DNA of 55,133 bases from Candidatus Iainarchaeum sp. (GTDB lineage: Archaea > Iainarchaeota > Iainarchaeia > Iainarchaeales > JAFGBZ01), in contig JAFGBZ010000021.1 in NCBI GenBank assembly GCA_016932875.1, positions 1 to 55,133 of the forward strand. The letters run 5' to 3'. Position 1 is the first letter of the stretch; every line of letters starts with the position of its first letter. The translations under genes were made by a program, and so were the position numbers. The notes beneath the pieces are model-generated. The model was not told the DNA's origin and ran no database searches. It saw only the letters and a program-made list of their open reading frames with translations. This document shows, one piece after another, positions 53,367 through 55,133 of this stretch.

Positions 53367-53668
53367 AGTAAATCACACCATTTAATAAATTCCTTTGAAT
53401 TCATTGGCTTGATTTCACCTGATTTAATTTTTTTGCTTGTTTTTTCAATGGATTTAATTACTTCTTTAGCAATTTCTTCTTTAATTTCTCTTTTATCCGA
53501 ATCACTTATTTCAGATAATTCCCTTACTTTTTTCATTGCCTGCAAAGCTTCAACATCAGTTAAAGTTTCCGCAAAAGCACCTCTTGCAACAGAAGACCAA
53601 TTAACCCAATCAGTTGCATCCATTTTTGCTTTTAAATCATCTGAAACCGATAAAGTAATAGTAGCCAT
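53363..53668 (-). CDS. Antitoxin candidate (RHH-like N-terminus)
   Basis: MATITLSVSDDLKAKMDATDW... then an acidic, helical tail. Lies upstream of and overlaps the toxin ORF. Confidence 0.5.
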   Translation of the reverse strand: MATITLSVSDDLKAKMDATDWVNWSSVARGAFAETLTDVEALQAMKKVRELSEISDSDKREIKEEIAKEVIKSIEKTSKKIKSGEIKPMNSKEFIKWCDLL

Positions 53669-53762
53669 AAAATCACCTACAAGTATATTATTTGTAAATA
53701 CATATTATAAAAACAATTTAAATTAGTTACTGTTTTCAAGTACTTACTGAAAACCCAAGTTA

Positions 53763-53769
53763 TTTAAAC
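53763..53769 (+). promoter_or_regulatory. TATA-like box for a leaderless gltX transcript
   Basis: TTTAAAC centred about 27 nt upstream of ATG 53793, with no SD. Confidence 0.4.
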
Positions 53770-53792
53770 TTCTTTCTTGAATTAATTTATTT

Positions 53793-55133
53793 ATGAATGT
53801 TTCTGAAGTTAAAGAAAATGCTTTTCGTTATGGAGTAAAGAATGCTTTTCTGCATGAAGGAAAAGCAGATATTGGCGCAATTATTGGTAAATTAAAGGCA
53901 TTAGATAAAGAGTTGAATATTAAGAATGTAATGCCTGAAGTAATTGAAACAGTTAAAGAAATTAATGCTTTGCCTTTCAGTGAAATTGAAAAAAAATTTC
54001 ATGAATTTGAAGGAAGTTATGAATTAAAGGTTCAAGAAAAAAAAGAAGGCTTGCCTGAATTAGATTGGGCTGAAAAAGAACCAGTTGTAACAAGATATGC
54101 TCCTAATCCTAATGGGCCGTTTCATTTAGGTAATGCAAGAGCAGCAATTGTTTCCTATGAATATGCAAGAAAATATAATGGAAAATTTATTTTAAGATTT
54201 GATGACACTGATCCGAAAGTAAAAAAATCAATGAGTAATGCAGAAGAAATATTTAACAGGGATTTAAACTGGCTTGGAATTAAAGTTGATGAAACTTTTT
54301 TTGCTTCAGACAGAATTGAAATTTATTATGAACACATGAAAAAAATAATTGATTTAGATAAAGCTTATGTATGCACTTGTGATTCAGAGGAATGGAGAAA
54401 ATTAATTACTGAAAAAACTGCTTGTCCTTGCAGGGAACTGGATAAAAAAGAGCAAAGAAAAAGATTTGATAAAATGCTTTCCCATGAATTCAAGGAAGGG
54501 CAGGCTGTTTTAAGAATTAAAACTGATTTAAACCATGTTGATCCAAGCATTCGTGATTGGTGGGCTGCAAAAATAGTTGACTGGCCTAATCATCCAAGAG
54601 TAAAACAAAAATATATTTTATGGCCAAGCTATAATTTTGCTTCAGCAATTGATGATCATTTATTAGGAGTTACATTAATTATTCGCGGACAAGAACATGA
54701 ACAGAATATGACTAAACAAAAATATTTATATGAATTTTTTGGGTGGGTTTATCCGCATGCAGTTCATTTTGGAAGAATTAAATTAGGTGAAATGGTTTTA
54801 AGCACTTCAAAAATATCTAAAGGAATTGAAGAAGGACTTTATACTGGATGGGATGATGTAAGATTAGGAACTATTTGTGCTTTAAGGAAAAGAGGATTTG
54901 AACCAGAAGCATTAAAGCATGCAATACTTGATTTAGGAATTAATACTAATGATGCAACAATTGAAATGAATAAATTAGCTGATTTAAATAAAAAAATAAT
55001 TGAACCAAAAGCAAAAAGAGCAACATTTATTGCTAATCCTGTTCAGCTTGAAGTAAATTACTGTAAGGAAAAAGAAATAGAAAAATACGGGCAAAAATAT
55101 TTGCTTAAAGCAAATGAAAAATTCATGGTTGAA
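53793..55133 (+). CDS. gltX: Glutamyl-tRNA synthetase, archaeal type (partial; the C-terminus lies beyond the window). Absent from the ORF track
   Basis: Hand translation is open from ATG 53793 to the window end (447 codons). HIGH-type motif PNPNGPFHLGNA. Also RFDDTDP, and VLSTSK as the KMSKS equivalent. Confidence 0.9.
   Translation, partial: MNVSEVKENAFRYGVKNAFLHEGKADIGAIIGKLKALDKELNIKNVMPEVIETVKEINALPFSEIEKKFHEFEGSYELKVQEKKEGLPELDWAEKEPVVTRYAPNPNGPFHLGNARAAIVSYEYARKYNGKFILRFDDTDPKVKKSMSNAEEIFNRDLNWLGIKVDETFFASDRIEIYYEHMKKIIDLDKAYVCTCDSEEWRKLITEKTACPCRELDKKEQRKRFDKMLSHEFKEGQAVLRIKTDLNHVDPSIRDWWAAKIVDWPNHPRVKQKYILWPSYNFASAIDDHLLGVTLIIRGQEHEQNMTKQKYLYEFFGWVYPHAVHFGRIKLGEMVLSTSKISKGIEEGLYTGWDDVRLGTICALRKRGFEPEALKHAILDLGINTNDATIEMNKLADLNKKIIEPKAKRATFIANPVQLEVNYCKEKEIEKYGQKYLLKANEKFMVE

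Overview
This is an AT-rich archaeal chromosome segment (about 30% GC by eye). The gene content and its reductions suggest a small-genome, DPANN-like archaeon, but taxonomy cannot be settled from this window alone.

Most of the window is the conserved archaeal information-processing super-cluster on the + strand:
- rpoH, rpoB'' and rpoB' (split B subunit), rpoA', rpoA'', L30e, nusA, S12 and S7
- aEF-2, then aEF-1alpha and S10
- a long ribosomal block: L3, L4, L23, L2, S19, L22, S3, L29, SUI1, Rpp29, S17, L14, L24, S4e, L5, S14, S8, L6, L32e, L19e, L18, S5, L30, L15, SecY, a DUF106 protein, L34e, L14e, S13, S4, S11 and rpoD
- tRNA-Leu(UAA) carrying a 94-nt intron, then L18e, L13, S9, rpoN and S2

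Flanking and interspersed accessory genes:
- lemA plus a partial HtpX-like gene, a HAD hydrolase, and a geranylgeranyl reductase translationally coupled to an FNR-like flavoprotein
- a convergent RHH/PIN pair
- an rbkR-ribC-ribH riboflavin cluster, and mscS
- secreted and surface proteins, one with an extremely Tyr-rich domain
- archease, then an RHH protein and a RelE-like toxin, then rtcB
- a Bro-N/DinD-like gene, a Memo-like gene, a TrmB-type regulator, a second RelE-type TA pair, and the 5' part of gltX

The observations I rate highest:
1. A RelE-type TA pair sits inside the archease-rtcB RNA-repair operon.
2. A four-copy structured palindromic element sits at operon junctions, immediately after the tRNA-Leu 3' end, and inside the tRNA-Leu intron. 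Its stem carries a compensated indel.
3. GGR has an overlapping FNR-like partner that may be its electron donor.
4. Lys/Glu-rich tails are widespread on ribosomal proteins and RpoA''.
5. adk, cmk, rpoK and eno are absent from their usual syntenic slots.

No rRNA, CRISPR array, transposase or integrase was seen. Several start codons from the ORF track were moved, using a very regular GGTGA/AGTGA Shine-Dalgarno motif 4-6 nt upstream of the start.
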